From assembly GCA_963804125.1 (NCBI GenBank), contig CAWDPF010000012.1:101556-165555 (forward strand): a DNA stretch of 64,000 bases. The letters are read 5' to 3'. The DNA comes from an uncultured Gemmatimonadales bacterium (GTDB lineage: Bacteria > Gemmatimonadota > Gemmatimonadetes > Gemmatimonadales > GWC2-71-9). This document shows positions 29,460 through 40,528 of this stretch, piece after piece; position 1 is the first letter of the stretch, and each line of letters begins with the position of its first letter. The notes under the pieces are model-generated. The model searched no databases and was not told where the DNA came from. It saw nothing but the letters and a program-made list of their open reading frames with translations. The position numbers were made by a program, and so were the translations under genes.

Positions 29460-29978
29460 GTGAGCGTCGTGGTCCGCCCCGCCGGGCCGGCCGATGCGGC
29501 CTGGCTGGCGGCGCTCGCCGAGCGCACCTTTCGCGAGACATACTCCGCCGAGAACACGCCGGAGAACATGGAGCGGTACGTGATCGAGCACTTCGGCCCC
29601 GCGCGTCAGGAGGCGGAGCTGCGCGACCCGCGGATGAGCACGCTCGTGGCGGAGGTGGACGGCCGGGCCGCCGGCTACGCGCAGCTCGCGCGGAGCGAGC
29701 CGCCGGCGCCGGTGACCGGCCCCGCGCCGCTGGAGGTGGTTCGCTTCTATGTCGACCGACCGTGGCATGGCCAGGGCGTCGCGCAGACCCTGATGGCCGC
29801 GGCCGTCGAGACCGCGCGTGCGGGTGGTGCGCGGACCCTCTGGCTCGGCGTCTGGGAGCGGAACGAGCGCGCGATCGCCTTCTACCGCAAGAGCGGCTTC
29901 GCGGACGTGGGCACCCAGACGTTCGTGCTGGGCACCGACCATCAGCGCGACCTTGTGCTCGCCCGTCCGCTCGACTGA
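29460..29978 (+). CDS. GNAT family N-acetyltransferase
   Basis: Track ORF 29460-29978. The sequence reads ..LEVVRFYVDRPWHGQGVAQTLMAAAVETARAGGARTLWLGVWERNERAIAFYRKSGF. Confidence 0.85.
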   Translation: MSVVVRPAGPADAAWLAALAERTFRETYSAENTPENMERYVIEHFGPARQEAELRDPRMSTLVAEVDGRAAGYAQLARSEPPAPVTGPAPLEVVRFYVDRPWHGQGVAQTLMAAAVETARAGGARTLWLGVWERNERAIAFYRKSGFADVGTQTFVLGTDHQRDLVLARPLD

Positions 29979-30006
29979 GCGGCACGATACCCCTCGAGGA
30001 CCGACG

Positions 30007-30525
30007 ATGGCATCACCGCCGATGGACCTGTTGCTCTGGAACCTCCAGCCCGCGCCCGGCCGGAAGAACTGGCACGGAGGACCCAGCCCGGTGGGCGCGC
30101 TCCGCGGCGTCGAGGCCGAGCAGGCCGCGTGGCGGCCGACGCCCCGGCGGAAGAGCGTCTGGGAGCTCGCGCTCCACATCGCCTACTGGAAGTACGCGGT
30201 GCGCCGGCACCTGGCCGCCGGCGAGCAGCCCCGGTTCCCGCGGAGCCCCGCCAACTTTCCCCGCCTGCCCGATCCAGCCGACGAGCTCGCCTGGGCGAGC
30301 GACGTCGCGCTGCTCCGCACCGAGCACGACCGGCTCGTGGAGGCGGTGCGGGCCTTCCCGGCCCGGCGGCTCGGCGCGGTCCCGCCCGGCGGGAAGCGGT
30401 GGACCTACGGCGAAATCGTGCTGGGCATCGCCGCCCACGACGCGTATCACACCGGACAGATCCAGCTGCTCAAGCGGCTGTGGCAGGAGCGGGCGACGTT
30501 GGATCGGGGGCGCTCGCGTGGGTGA
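30007..30525 (+). CDS. DinB family protein
   Basis: ATG 30007 in track ORF 29818-30525. The sequence reads ..SVWELALHIAYWKY..IAAHDAYHTGQIQLLKRL. Confidence 0.75.
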   Translation: MASPPMDLLLWNLQPAPGRKNWHGGPSPVGALRGVEAEQAAWRPTPRRKSVWELALHIAYWKYAVRRHLAAGEQPRFPRSPANFPRLPDPADELAWASDVALLRTEHDRLVEAVRAFPARRLGAVPPGGKRWTYGEIVLGIAAHDAYHTGQIQLLKRLWQERATLDRGRSRG

Positions 30526-30970
30526 CATCGTGCGGCAGGCCGGCCCCGCCGACGTCGATGCGGTGGCGCCGCTGTTCGACGCCTACCGGCAGTTCTACCA
30601 GCAGCCGTCCGATCCCGCGCTGGCCCGTGCGTTCATCGCCGAGCGCCTCGCGCGCTCGGAGTCGGTGATCTTCCTGGCCGAGCGCGATGGCCAGGCCGTC
30701 GGGTTCGTGCAGCTGTATCCGCTGTTCTCGTCCACGGCCGCGCGGCCGCGGCGGCTGTGGCTGCTGAACGACCTGTTCGTCTCGCCGTCGGCCCGGGGTG
30801 GCGGGGTGGCGCGCGCGCTCATGGACCGCGCGCGCCGCCTGGGCGAGGAAACCGGCGCCGCCGGCCTCGAGCTGGTGACCGCGCGCACCAATGCCCCGGC
30901 CCAGCGGCTGTACGAGTCGCTGGGCTGGCGGCAGGACGAGCTGTTCCTCCGGTACGAGCTGGGACTCTGA
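30518..30970 (+). CDS. GNAT family N-acetyltransferase
   Basis: GTG 30518 overlaps the end of the DinB gene, within track ORF 29453-30970. The sequence reads ..LWLLNDLFVSPSARGGGVARALMDRARRLGEETGAAGLELVTARTNAPAQRLYESLGW. Confidence 0.85.
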   Translation: MGDIVRQAGPADVDAVAPLFDAYRQFYQQPSDPALARAFIAERLARSESVIFLAERDGQAVGFVQLYPLFSSTAARPRRLWLLNDLFVSPSARGGGVARALMDRARRLGEETGAAGLELVTARTNAPAQRLYESLGWRQDELFLRYELGL

Positions 30971-30973
30971 GCG

Positions 30974-31258
30974 GTGGCCGCGCCGAGCCTGCTGGAGGCC
31001 TTCGACCAGACGATCGCCGTGGTGCGGCGGCTCGAGGCCGAGGGGCTGCGCACGGCGAGCGGCGCGTCCGCGGGCCGCGAGCTCGAGCGCCTGCTCGACG
31101 AGCTCGTCGCGCGGCGGGCCGAGGTGGCCGCCGGCGCTCCGTTCGACCGGGAGTGGGCCGGCCGCACCGTCCGGTGGGTGGCCCAGTGGCTTCCCGATCG
31201 CGAGCTGCCGCTGCTCGCGCGGCTCGGCGGAATCGCGCGCGCGGGCGGCGGCTCGTAG
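30974..31258 (+). CDS. hypothetical protein
   Basis: Track ORF 30974-31258 with a GTG start 3 nt after the previous stop. No family recognised. Confidence 0.45.
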   Translation: MAAPSLLEAFDQTIAVVRRLEAEGLRTASGASAGRELERLLDELVARRAEVAAGAPFDREWAGRTVRWVAQWLPDRELPLLARLGGIARAGGGS

Positions 31259-31322
31259 CGACGGGTCGGAGCAGAGCGCCTGCCGGTCTGGTCTGCCGGC
31301 CGACACGGCTGTACTCTGTGGC

Positions 31323-32006
31323 ATGCCTGCATCTTCGCCGCCGCCCGCCGACCGCGAGCTCCCCGACCTGTTCGACCGCAACCGCGCCTGGGCCGAGGCG
31401 ATGGTCCGCGACGAGCCGGACTTCTTCCGGAAGCTGACGCACCAGCAGACACCCCGGTACCTCTGGATCGGCTGCTCGGACAGCCGCGTTCCGGCCAACG
31501 AGATCGTCGGGCTCTCGCCGGGGGAGATGTTCGTCCACCGCAACGTGGCCAACGTCGTCGTGCACACCGATCTCAATTGCCTCTCGGTGCTGCAGTACGC
31601 GGTCGAGGTCCTGGAGGTCGAGCACGTCATCGTCTGCGGCCACTACGGATGTGGCGGCGTCCGGGCCGCGTGGAACGCCCGACCGCTGGGCCTGATCGAC
31701 AACTGGCTCCGGCACGTGCAGGACGTCGCGGCCCGGCATACGGGCGAGCTGCAGGCGCTGGGCGGCAGCGCCCTCACCGACCGCCTGTGCGAGCTCAACG
31801 TGGTCGAGCAGGCGGTGCACGTGTGCCGCACGACGGTCATGCAGGACGCGTGGCGGCGCGGGCGGACGGTCACCGTGCACGCGTGGGTGTACAGCCTCGA
31901 GGATGGCCTGCTGCGCGACCTGGCGTTCACGGCGTCGAATGCCGCCGAGGTCGCGCACAGCTATGAGCGCGCCCTCAGACGTCGCCCCACGCTGGCCGCC
32001 AGCTGA
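31323..32006 (+). CDS. can: beta-class carbonic anhydrase
   Basis: ATG 31323 in track ORF 30891-32006. The motifs ..YLWIGCSDSRVPANEI..GEMFVHRNVANVV..VIVCGHYGCGGV.. provide the zinc ligands Cys, His and Cys. Confidence 0.9.
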   Translation: MPASSPPPADRELPDLFDRNRAWAEAMVRDEPDFFRKLTHQQTPRYLWIGCSDSRVPANEIVGLSPGEMFVHRNVANVVVHTDLNCLSVLQYAVEVLEVEHVIVCGHYGCGGVRAAWNARPLGLIDNWLRHVQDVAARHTGELQALGGSALTDRLCELNVVEQAVHVCRTTVMQDAWRRGRTVTVHAWVYSLEDGLLRDLAFTASNAAEVAHSYERALRRRPTLAAS

Positions 32007-32515
32007 TGCTCTCGCAAGGAGCGGTGCTCATGACCGTGCCGGCGCTGGATCCCGAGACGCGCGAGTTCTGGCAGCACCTGGGCACGGCGATCCTGTGCGG
32101 CGGAATCATCGGCATCGAGCGGCAGCTCCGCGGCAAGGCGGCCGGCATCCGGACGAGCATCCTGATCTGCCTCGGCACGGCGATCTTCGTGGCGCTCGGA
32201 TCGTCGCTCTCGCCCGGCACCGCCGATCCCACGCGGGTGCTGGCCCAGGTGGTGAGCGGGATCGGCTTCCTCGGCGGCGGCGTCATCCTGGCGCGGAAAG
32301 GGCTGGTCACCGGCGTCACCTCCGCCGCCGTCATCTGGATCCTCGCCGCGCTCGGCGCGATGATCGGGCTCGGCCACCTGCGGGCGACCATGGTGCTCAC
32401 CCTCGCCACGCTCGGCATCCTGCTCGGTGTCGAGCTGCTCGAAGGCGCCTTCCGCAAGCTCCGTCAGGGCGCCACCGACCGCGAGCTCGCCAACATCGAG
32501 ATCGAGCAGGGCTGA
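32006..32515 (+). CDS. MgtC/SapB family membrane protein
   Basis: Track ORF 32006-32515. The sequence reads ..AILCGGIIGIERQLRGKAAGIRTSILICLG..VVSGIGFLGGGVIL. ATG 32030 is an alternative start. Confidence 0.85.
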   Translation: MLSQGAVLMTVPALDPETREFWQHLGTAILCGGIIGIERQLRGKAAGIRTSILICLGTAIFVALGSSLSPGTADPTRVLAQVVSGIGFLGGGVILARKGLVTGVTSAAVIWILAALGAMIGLGHLRATMVLTLATLGILLGVELLEGAFRKLRQGATDRELANIEIEQG

Positions 32516-32519
32516 GCGG

Positions 32520-33170
32520 ATGGAGCTGGTGGGCGTGGCCACCGAGCGCACCACCGCGGCGACGGACGCGGTGCTGGCGCTCGCGGCGGCCGCTGCCATC
32601 CTGGTGCTTGGGCGGACCACGCCGCCCTCGTTCGGGCGCGCGGTATGGCAAGCCGCCCTCGCGGCGCTCGGTCTGGCCTCGGTGCTCGGCGCGGTGGCCC
32701 ACGGGCTCGAGCTGCGGCCCGCCACGCGCGAGCTGCTCTGGCAGCCGCTGTACCTCGCCCTCGGCGTCACCATGGCGCTCTTCGTGGTCGGTGCCGTGCG
32801 CGACTGGCGCGGGGAGGCGGCCGGCCGCCGTGTGCTGCTGCCGATGCTCGCGCTCGCCGTCGTGTTCTACGGCGTTACCCGCCTCACCCGCGGCAGCTTC
32901 CTCGCCTTCGTCGTGTACGAGGCGGCCGCGCTGCTCTTCTCACTCGGAGTCTATCTACGGTTGGCGACGGGGCCCGCGCGCGCCGGCGCCGCCGCGATGG
33001 CGGCTGCGCTGGCGGTGAGCCTCGCCGCCGGCGCCGTGCAGGCCTCGCGCGTGGGACCCGTCCGCCTCGTGTGGAACTTCGATCACAACGGGGTATTCCA
33101 TCTCGTGCAGCTCGTCGGCCTGGCACTGCTGCTGACCGGACTTCGCCGGCTGCTTGCCTCGACCGCCTGA
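32520..33170 (+). CDS. hypothetical polytopic membrane protein
   Basis: ATG 32520 in track ORF 32427-33170. It has about 6-7 hydrophobic helices. Confidence 0.6.
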   Translation: MELVGVATERTTAATDAVLALAAAAAILVLGRTTPPSFGRAVWQAALAALGLASVLGAVAHGLELRPATRELLWQPLYLALGVTMALFVVGAVRDWRGEAAGRRVLLPMLALAVVFYGVTRLTRGSFLAFVVYEAAALLFSLGVYLRLATGPARAGAAAMAAALAVSLAAGAVQASRVGPVRLVWNFDHNGVFHLVQLVGLALLLTGLRRLLASTA

Positions 33171-33176
33171 GGAATC

Positions 33177-33689
33177 ATGCCCGTTGCGCTCGCCGCCGAC
33201 CTGGCGGCCATGCTCGATCGCGACCTCCGCACCCTCCGGCGCGAGCTCGAGGCCTATCCCGACGAGCGGCAGATCTGGCAGCCGGTCCCGGGTCTGGCCA
33301 ACACGGCGGGCACGCTCGCGCTGCATCTCGCGGGGAACCTCCAGCACTACGTCGGCGCGCGCTGGGGTGGGACCGGGTACGTGCGCAACCGGGACGCGGA
33401 GTTCGCGCGGCGCGACGTGCCGCGTGCCGAGCTGATCGCGGAGATCGAGCGGGCCCGTGCGGCCGTGGCGGCGGGGCTCGGCGCCGTCGGCGCGGAGGAG
33501 CTCGACGCGGAGTACCCGGAGCTCATCGGCGGATGCCGGGTCCGGACCGGGGATTTCCTGGTGCACACCGCCGTGCACTTCGCCTATCACCTCGGCCAGG
33601 TGGACTCTCACCGCCGGGTGGTCACGGGGAACGGCGAGGGCGTCGGGGCGGTCAAGCCGGCCGAGCTCGGGAGCGCGAGGAAGGATTGA
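33177..33689 (+). CDS. DinB superfamily protein
   Basis: Track ORF 33177-33689. The sequence reads ..NTAGTLALHLAGNLQHYVG..LVHTAVHFAYHLGQVD. Confidence 0.8.
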   Translation: MPVALAADLAAMLDRDLRTLRRELEAYPDERQIWQPVPGLANTAGTLALHLAGNLQHYVGARWGGTGYVRNRDAEFARRDVPRAELIAEIERARAAVAAGLGAVGAEELDAEYPELIGGCRVRTGDFLVHTAVHFAYHLGQVDSHRRVVTGNGEGVGAVKPAELGSARKD

Positions 33690-33699
33690 GGCGCTGCAG

Positions 33700-34722
33700 T
33701 CAGCAGGTCGTCATCGCCCCGCTCGCGAGCAGCTCGAAGTCGCTGCCGCGCACCGGATGGGCCCGCAGCTGATCCAGCGCGTCCTCCCAGCGCGGGTCCG
33801 ACGTCCCCGTCACATACCATGCGCTGCCCTGGTCGGCGAGCATCAGGCCGTAGGTCTTGAGCGCGGTCAGCAGCACCAGCGCGTCGCCGGTATACGGCGC
33901 GAGGGAGAAATCGGCCTTGAGCCGCGCCCGCGTGCCGTACGGGGGCAGGGTGGCGTCGGCGTACTGGCCGCAGTGGCTCGCCGGCGCCACGTACGCCCGC
34001 CGCACGTGCGGGACGGTGAAACGGAGCGCGTGCCTGATCTCGCCGGCCGCCACCTCGTCGTAGCGCAGCAGTCCGGGAAGGATCGGGAGGCCGGCCGCGT
34101 CGGCCGAGGTCCACCCCGCCGGGCGCGTCGCGTTGACCGTCAGATCCCACCGCGCCGAGGAGCTCACGCGGAAGCCGCCGGCAGTGCGGACGGCGTTGTA
34201 GAGCTCGTAGAGCACGCATTCGCCCTGGCGGACGACGAGCACGTGCCGGTCGCCCGCGCCGGGATTCGGATCGGCGGTGCTGCCGCCTTCGATCGGCGCG
34301 TTCGGGGGTATCGGCATCGGGCCCGGATCGCTCTCGTCGCCGTAGTCCGCGCCGTCGGTGCCGTACTCGATCGTCACCAGGGGCTGGTCGGCGGGCACGA
34401 CCGTGTAGGGAATGCCGTAGTACTCCTCGGTGGTTCCCAGATCCAGATGCAGGGCGTTGCCCGGTGACATCGCGCCCAGGAGCGCGGCCGAGTTGGCGGC
34501 CACCGGGTCGGCGCTCACGTCGCGATGCCACGCGTTGTCATTGGGGAAGATCTGGCACCCGCCAACACTGGCCGCCGCGCCCGCTACCGGTGGCGCGGGC
34601 GGCGAGGCCGGTGGCGGGCCCGAGGACCTCCCGGCCCGGCAGGGTCGGGGCCCGGCCCGGAGGCACCGCAGCCTGCACGGAGCCTGCAAGAGAAGCGCCA
34701 GCAGCGCGCGCCGGTGGTTCAT
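33700..34722 (-). CDS. conserved hypothetical secreted protein
   Basis: ATG 34722 follows GGAGA, in track ORF 33700-34809(-). The core ..CQIFPNDNAWHRDVS..DRHVLVVRQGECVLYELY..GWTSADAAGLPILPGLLRYDEV..IRHALRFTV..LKTYGLMLADQGS.. belongs to a widespread uncharacterised family (recollection). The signal region may contain frame errors, because a lipobox-like ..AGCGAS.. appears in another frame. Confidence 0.7.
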   Translation of the reverse strand: MNHRRALLALLLQAPCRLRCLRAGPRPCRAGRSSGPPPASPPAPPVAGAAASVGGCQIFPNDNAWHRDVSADPVAANSAALLGAMSPGNALHLDLGTTEEYYGIPYTVVPADQPLVTIEYGTDGADYGDESDPGPMPIPPNAPIEGGSTADPNPGAGDRHVLVVRQGECVLYELYNAVRTAGGFRVSSSARWDLTVNATRPAGWTSADAAGLPILPGLLRYDEVAAGEIRHALRFTVPHVRRAYVAPASHCGQYADATLPPYGTRARLKADFSLAPYTGDALVLLTALKTYGLMLADQGSAWYVTGTSDPRWEDALDQLRAHPVRGSDFELLASGAMTTC

Positions 34723-34912
34723 GGAAGTCTCCATGCCGGTGGAGCCTAGCTCGAGACTGCAAGGATTGACGTGGGGTCGTCGCTGGAAGGGGCAAAATCC
34801 ATGCTCCACCGGCCTTCCTCCACGAGTGCCGCCGCTGGTCGCGGGTGCTTACGGCCTGTAGTTTCACGCCGTAGCTTCCGATGCCGTCCCATCCCGCGCC
34901 GAGGAGGATCTC

Positions 34913-35182
34913 ATGGACGAGCAGGTCGACCACCCGTCGAACACCCGCGAATTCATGGCGATGTGGAACAGCGTCACGGCAGAGCACCTGACGCACAAGC
35001 TGACGGACGTCCTGCAGGAGCTGCCCGGGCGCGTGCCCGACGCGCCGCGACTCGACCAGGCGCAGGCGGCGGCGCTCTCCGCGCTGCTGGTGCGGGCGTT
35101 TCAGGTGGCGGCGTCGCCGGAGGGCGGCGTGCACACGGCCGTGCAGTTCATCGCCGAGTACGGAGCCGACGCACCCGCGTGA
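34913..35182 (+). CDS. hypothetical protein (89 aa)
   Basis: Track ORF 34913-35182. Its stop overlaps the deaminase start (GTGA). Confidence 0.5.
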   Translation: MDEQVDHPSNTREFMAMWNSVTAEHLTHKLTDVLQELPGRVPDAPRLDQAQAAALSALLVRAFQVAASPEGGVHTAVQFIAEYGADAPA

Positions 35183-35757
35183 CCCGCGCCGGCCCCCGCG
35201 ACCTCACCATCACGCTCCCCGCCTGGGTGGACGAGGTGGTGGACTGGGAACGCCGCTATGCCGGCGATGCCGAGCGGGTCGGGCTCGCCATCGCGCTCTC
35301 CCGGGAGAACGTCGAGCGCCGCACGGGCGGGCCGTTCGGCGCCGCGGTGTTCGAGTCGGTCTCGGGCGCGCTGGTGGGCGTGGGGGTGAACTGCGTGGAG
35401 CGGCTGGGCAACGCGGCGCTCCACGCGGAGGTCGTGGCGATCATGTTCGCCCAGCAACGGGTCGGCTCGTTCACGCTGGGCGGGCCCGGTGCGCCGGCCC
35501 ACGAGCTGGTGAGCTCGTGCGAGCCCTGCGCCATGTGCCTCGGCGCCACGCTCTGGAGCGGCGTCGGACGGCTGGTCTGCGCCGCGAGCCGGGCCGACGC
35601 CACCGCGCTCGCGTTCGACGAAGGGCCGGTCTTCCCCGAGTCCTACGCCTACCTCGAGCAGCGCGGGATCCGGGTCGATCGCGAGATCGGACGCGCGGAG
35701 GCCGCCGCGGTGCTGCGCCTCTACCGCGACCGCGGCGGTCTGATCTACAACCGCTGA
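35179..35757 (+). CDS. CMP/dCMP-type nucleoside/nucleotide deaminase (zinc-binding)
   Basis: GTG 35179 in track ORF 34771-35757. The zinc motifs are HAEVVAI and CEPCAMC (H-A-E ... P-C-x-x-C). Confidence 0.85.
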   Translation: MTRAGPRDLTITLPAWVDEVVDWERRYAGDAERVGLAIALSRENVERRTGGPFGAAVFESVSGALVGVGVNCVERLGNAALHAEVVAIMFAQQRVGSFTLGGPGAPAHELVSSCEPCAMCLGATLWSGVGRLVCAASRADATALAFDEGPVFPESYAYLEQRGIRVDREIGRAEAAAVLRLYRDRGGLIYNR

Positions 35758-35759
35758 TC

Positions 35760-36137
35760 ATGGCGGTCGATCGCCCGCGCCCGCCCGGCAGCTTCGCGGC
35801 CGCGGTCAACTGGATGGGCGGCCTGACGCTCCTCCTGTTCTGGCTTCCCGTCGTGGGGCCGCTCATCGCGGGGTGGTGGGCGGCGTCAAGGCGGGCACGG
35901 TCGGTCGGGCGGTCGCGGCGGTGTTCGTCCCCGCGATCCTCACCGGCGCACTCGCGGCCGCGGGAGTGACCTACCTGGCCGACTGGTTCCCCTGGGGACT
36001 GCTGGCCGGCCTGGGCGCCACCGTGATCTGCCTGCTCAACGTGGTCCCGCTGCTGGCGGGCGCGGTGGCAGGTGCCGTGTTCGCCCCGCTGTTTCACCGG
36101 ACGCCGCCCGAAACCGGTCCGCGTGCGAGGGGCGTAG
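35760..36137 (+). pseudogene. hypothetical membrane protein, frame-disrupted near 35872; 3' end unresolved
   Basis: ATG 35760 (MAVDRPRPPGSFAAAVNWMGGLTLLLFWLPVVGPLIAG). The protein continues as VVGGVKAGTVGRAVAAVFVPAILTGALAAAG..LLNVVPLLAGAVAGAVFAPLF in track ORF 35873. That frame has no stop before 36535, so the true end is uncertain. Confidence 0.4.
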
Positions 36138-36194
36138 GGCGACGTATCCCCTCACAAGGCCGGACTTCTGATCGACCGCATCGCCGGCGCTTCG

Positions 36195-36936
36195 TTGCGT
36201 CTTGCGCGTCTCGCCCTGGTCGCCCTGATCGCCGGGGCCGCGGTCGCGAGCTGCGGCTCCTCCAGCGTGGAGCCGGACCCCGATCCGACCCTGCGGATTC
36301 TCTTCATCGGGAACAGCCTCACCTACGCGAACGATCTCCCGGCCACCGTGCAGCACCTGGGTCAGAGCGATCCCAACCGGAGTCGTCGTGGTCTCGTCCG
36401 TGGCTGAAGGCGGCTTCAGCCTCGAGGACCATTGGAACCGGGGCGACGCCCAGCGGGCCATCGCGAGCGCGCGGTGGGATCTCGTGGTGCTGCAGCAGGG
36501 CCCTTCCGCGCTCCCCGAGAGCCGCGTCAACCTGATCGACTACGCCACGCGATTCGCCGGCGAGATCCGGAAGATCGGCGCCCGCCCGGCGCTGTACATG
36601 GTGTGGCCGGGGCTGGACCGGGAGGCGGAGTGGGGTGCCGTGAGCGCGTCGTACGCGGCGGCGGCGGCGGCGGTGGACGGGCTGCTGTTGCCGGCCGGCG
36701 AGGCCCTCCGCGCCGTGCGCGCCGACGCGCCCTCGATTTCCCTGTTCGAGGCGGACGGCTTCCATCCGTCCGTGGCCGGCACCTACGGGGCGGCGCTGGT
36801 GATCTACGCCCGGGCCGCCGGGGTCTCGCCCATCGGCCTGACGGCCCGGGCGGGCGGCTCGTCGCTGCCTCCCGGCTATGTGACCGCGCTCGAGGCGGGC
36901 GCGGCGCAGGCGATCGCCGAGGCCGGAGGCGACTGA
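36195..36936 (+). pseudogene. SGNH/GDSL-type hydrolase lipoprotein, frame-disrupted near 36366
   Basis: TTG 36195 (MRLARLALVALIAGAAVASCG.. lipobox; ..LRILFIGNSLTYANDLP) lies in track ORF 36195. The continuation ..VVVSSVAEGGFSLEDHW..LVVLQQG..ADGFHPSVAGTY.. lies in track ORF 36388-36936. Confidence 0.7.
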
Positions 36937-37038
36937 CTCGCGGCGGGTGGGGACCTTGCCGAGCGGCCCCGACCACGATTTCATCCATGCTCATCTGCAC
37001 GTGGCGGAGCGCCCTCTTTCCATCGTGACGAGGCTTCG

Positions 37039-37245
37039 ATGCGGAATCTGTTCGCCCTGCTGGCCCTGATCGGACTCGCCGGCATCGCGCTCGGCGTGCT
37101 CACCATCGTACGCGCGGCGCCCGGCCCGGCCGGGCCGCTCGGCTTCACGTTCGAGAACTACGGTGGGCCGGGGTCCATGCTGGCGGGCCTCATGCTGCTC
37201 GCCACGAGCCTCTACCTCCGCGCGTTCTGGCAGGGCAGGGACTGA
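37039..37245 (+). CDS. small membrane protein (68 aa, 2 TM helices)
   Basis: Track ORF 37039-37245. Confidence 0.5.
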   Translation: MRNLFALLALIGLAGIALGVLTIVRAAPGPAGPLGFTFENYGGPGSMLAGLMLLATSLYLRAFWQGRD

Positions 37246-37259
37246 GCGGGGACGCGCCC

Positions 37260-37654
37260 GTGGCCATCCTCGAGCAGATCGCGCGCACACTGCACCAGTT
37301 GCGCGTCCATCATCGGCGGCGGCTGCCCTTCCTCGCGCCGGCCGTCGAGCGGCGGCGCCCCCGCCTGGCCGCGGAGGATTATGCGGCCCGCCACTCCATC
37401 GAGCACACCCTCGACCGCAAGGCCGATCTGCGCCGGCTCGCTCCCGCTCGGGCGGACGCCGCCCAGCGGTATGAGCAGCTCCTTCGCTACGAGCTCGCCG
37501 GGCTGCGCGAGGTCGTGGCGGCGCTGGAGAACACGGTCGGTGGCCGCGAGCTCCAGGAGTGCCTCACCGAGGCGCGAGGGGAGATCCAGCGGCTGGAGAT
37601 CGAGGTGGCGTGGTGCGCCTCGCTGGCGTCCCGGTTGCCGACGACCGCGGGGCG

Positions 37655-37658
<4 letters not shown>
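37260..37658 (+). CDS. hypothetical protein
   Basis: Track ORF 37260-37658 with a GTG start. Its stop overlaps the proposed glgX TTG start. Confidence 0.45.
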
Positions 37659-39710
<2,052 letters not shown>

Positions 39711-39719
39711 GAGCCTACC

Positions 39720-40526
39720 ATGCGCCTCGAGCCCTTCGCTCCCGGATCGACCCTGGACCTCGGCGACGAGGCGGCGCGCGCGCCGGCCGGCGCGCCGGAC
39801 AAGGACGCGGCGGTGGCGGAAACCGAGCGCCTGGCCCGGCGCATCGACGAGCTGCAGGACGCGCTCTACGCGGAGGGCCGGCGGGCGCTGCTCGTGGTGC
39901 TGCAGGGTCGGGACACGGCGGGCAAGGACGGCACGATCCGGAAGGTGTTCGGGCCGCTCAGCCCCCTGGGCCTCACGGTCGCCAGCTTCAAGGCGCCCTC
40001 GCCGATCGAGCTGGCCCACGACTATCTCTGGCGGGTGCACCAGGCCGTGCCGGTCCGCGGGACGATCGGCGTCTTCAACCGCTCGCACTACGAGGACGTC
40101 CTGGTGGTCCGCGTCCACGCGCTGGTTCCCGAGGCGGTCTGGCGCGCGCGCTACGACCAGATCGTGCAGTTCGAGCGGATGTTGACCGAGAACGGCGTCG
40201 CCATCCTCAAGTTTTTCCTGCACATCTCACGGAAGGAGCAGCGCGAGCGGCTGCTGGCGCGCCTGGAAGACCCGAAGAAGTACTGGAAGTTCGCGGCGGG
40301 CGACCTGGCCGAGCGGGAGCGGTGGGACGAGTACACCGAGGCGTACCGGGAGGCACTGACGCGGACCAGCACGCCCGAGGCGCCCTGGTACCTGGTCCCC
40401 GCGGACAAGAAGTACGTGCGTGACGTGCTGGTGGCGCAGGTGGTGGCGGAGCGGCTGGAGCGGATGGATCCCAAGTACCCCGGCCCGCCCGAGGGATTGG
40501 ACCAGTTCAGACGGGCACTGCGCTGA
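39720..40526 (+). CDS. polyphosphate kinase 2 family protein (PPK2)
   Basis: Track ORF 39720-40526. The sequence reads ..LLVVLQGRDTAGKDGTIRKVF..VFNRSHYEDVLVVRVH..ILKFFLHISRKEQRERL..YWKF. Confidence 0.9.
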   Translation: MRLEPFAPGSTLDLGDEAARAPAGAPDKDAAVAETERLARRIDELQDALYAEGRRALLVVLQGRDTAGKDGTIRKVFGPLSPLGLTVASFKAPSPIELAHDYLWRVHQAVPVRGTIGVFNRSHYEDVLVVRVHALVPEAVWRARYDQIVQFERMLTENGVAILKFFLHISRKEQRERLLARLEDPKKYWKFAAGDLAERERWDEYTEAYREALTRTSTPEAPWYLVPADKKYVRDVLVAQVVAERLERMDPKYPGPPEGLDQFRRALR

Positions 40527-40528
40527 GC

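Noticed and set aside
29297-30179. Several 90-250-aa minus-strand ORFs overlapping the GNAT and DinB genes, plus similar stacks of overlapping ORFs throughout the track.
   Set aside because: Their Arg/Pro/Gly/Ala-rich low-complexity translations lie opposite or out of frame to genes with clear family motifs. They are treated as non-coding shadows.
35179-35757. The deaminase, considered as a polymorphic toxin with the upstream 89-aa protein as immunity.
   Set aside because: The deaminase has no secretion or delivery domain and resembles housekeeping CMP/dCMP/guanine-type deaminases. The gene order and the lack of any toxin-system context do not support this.
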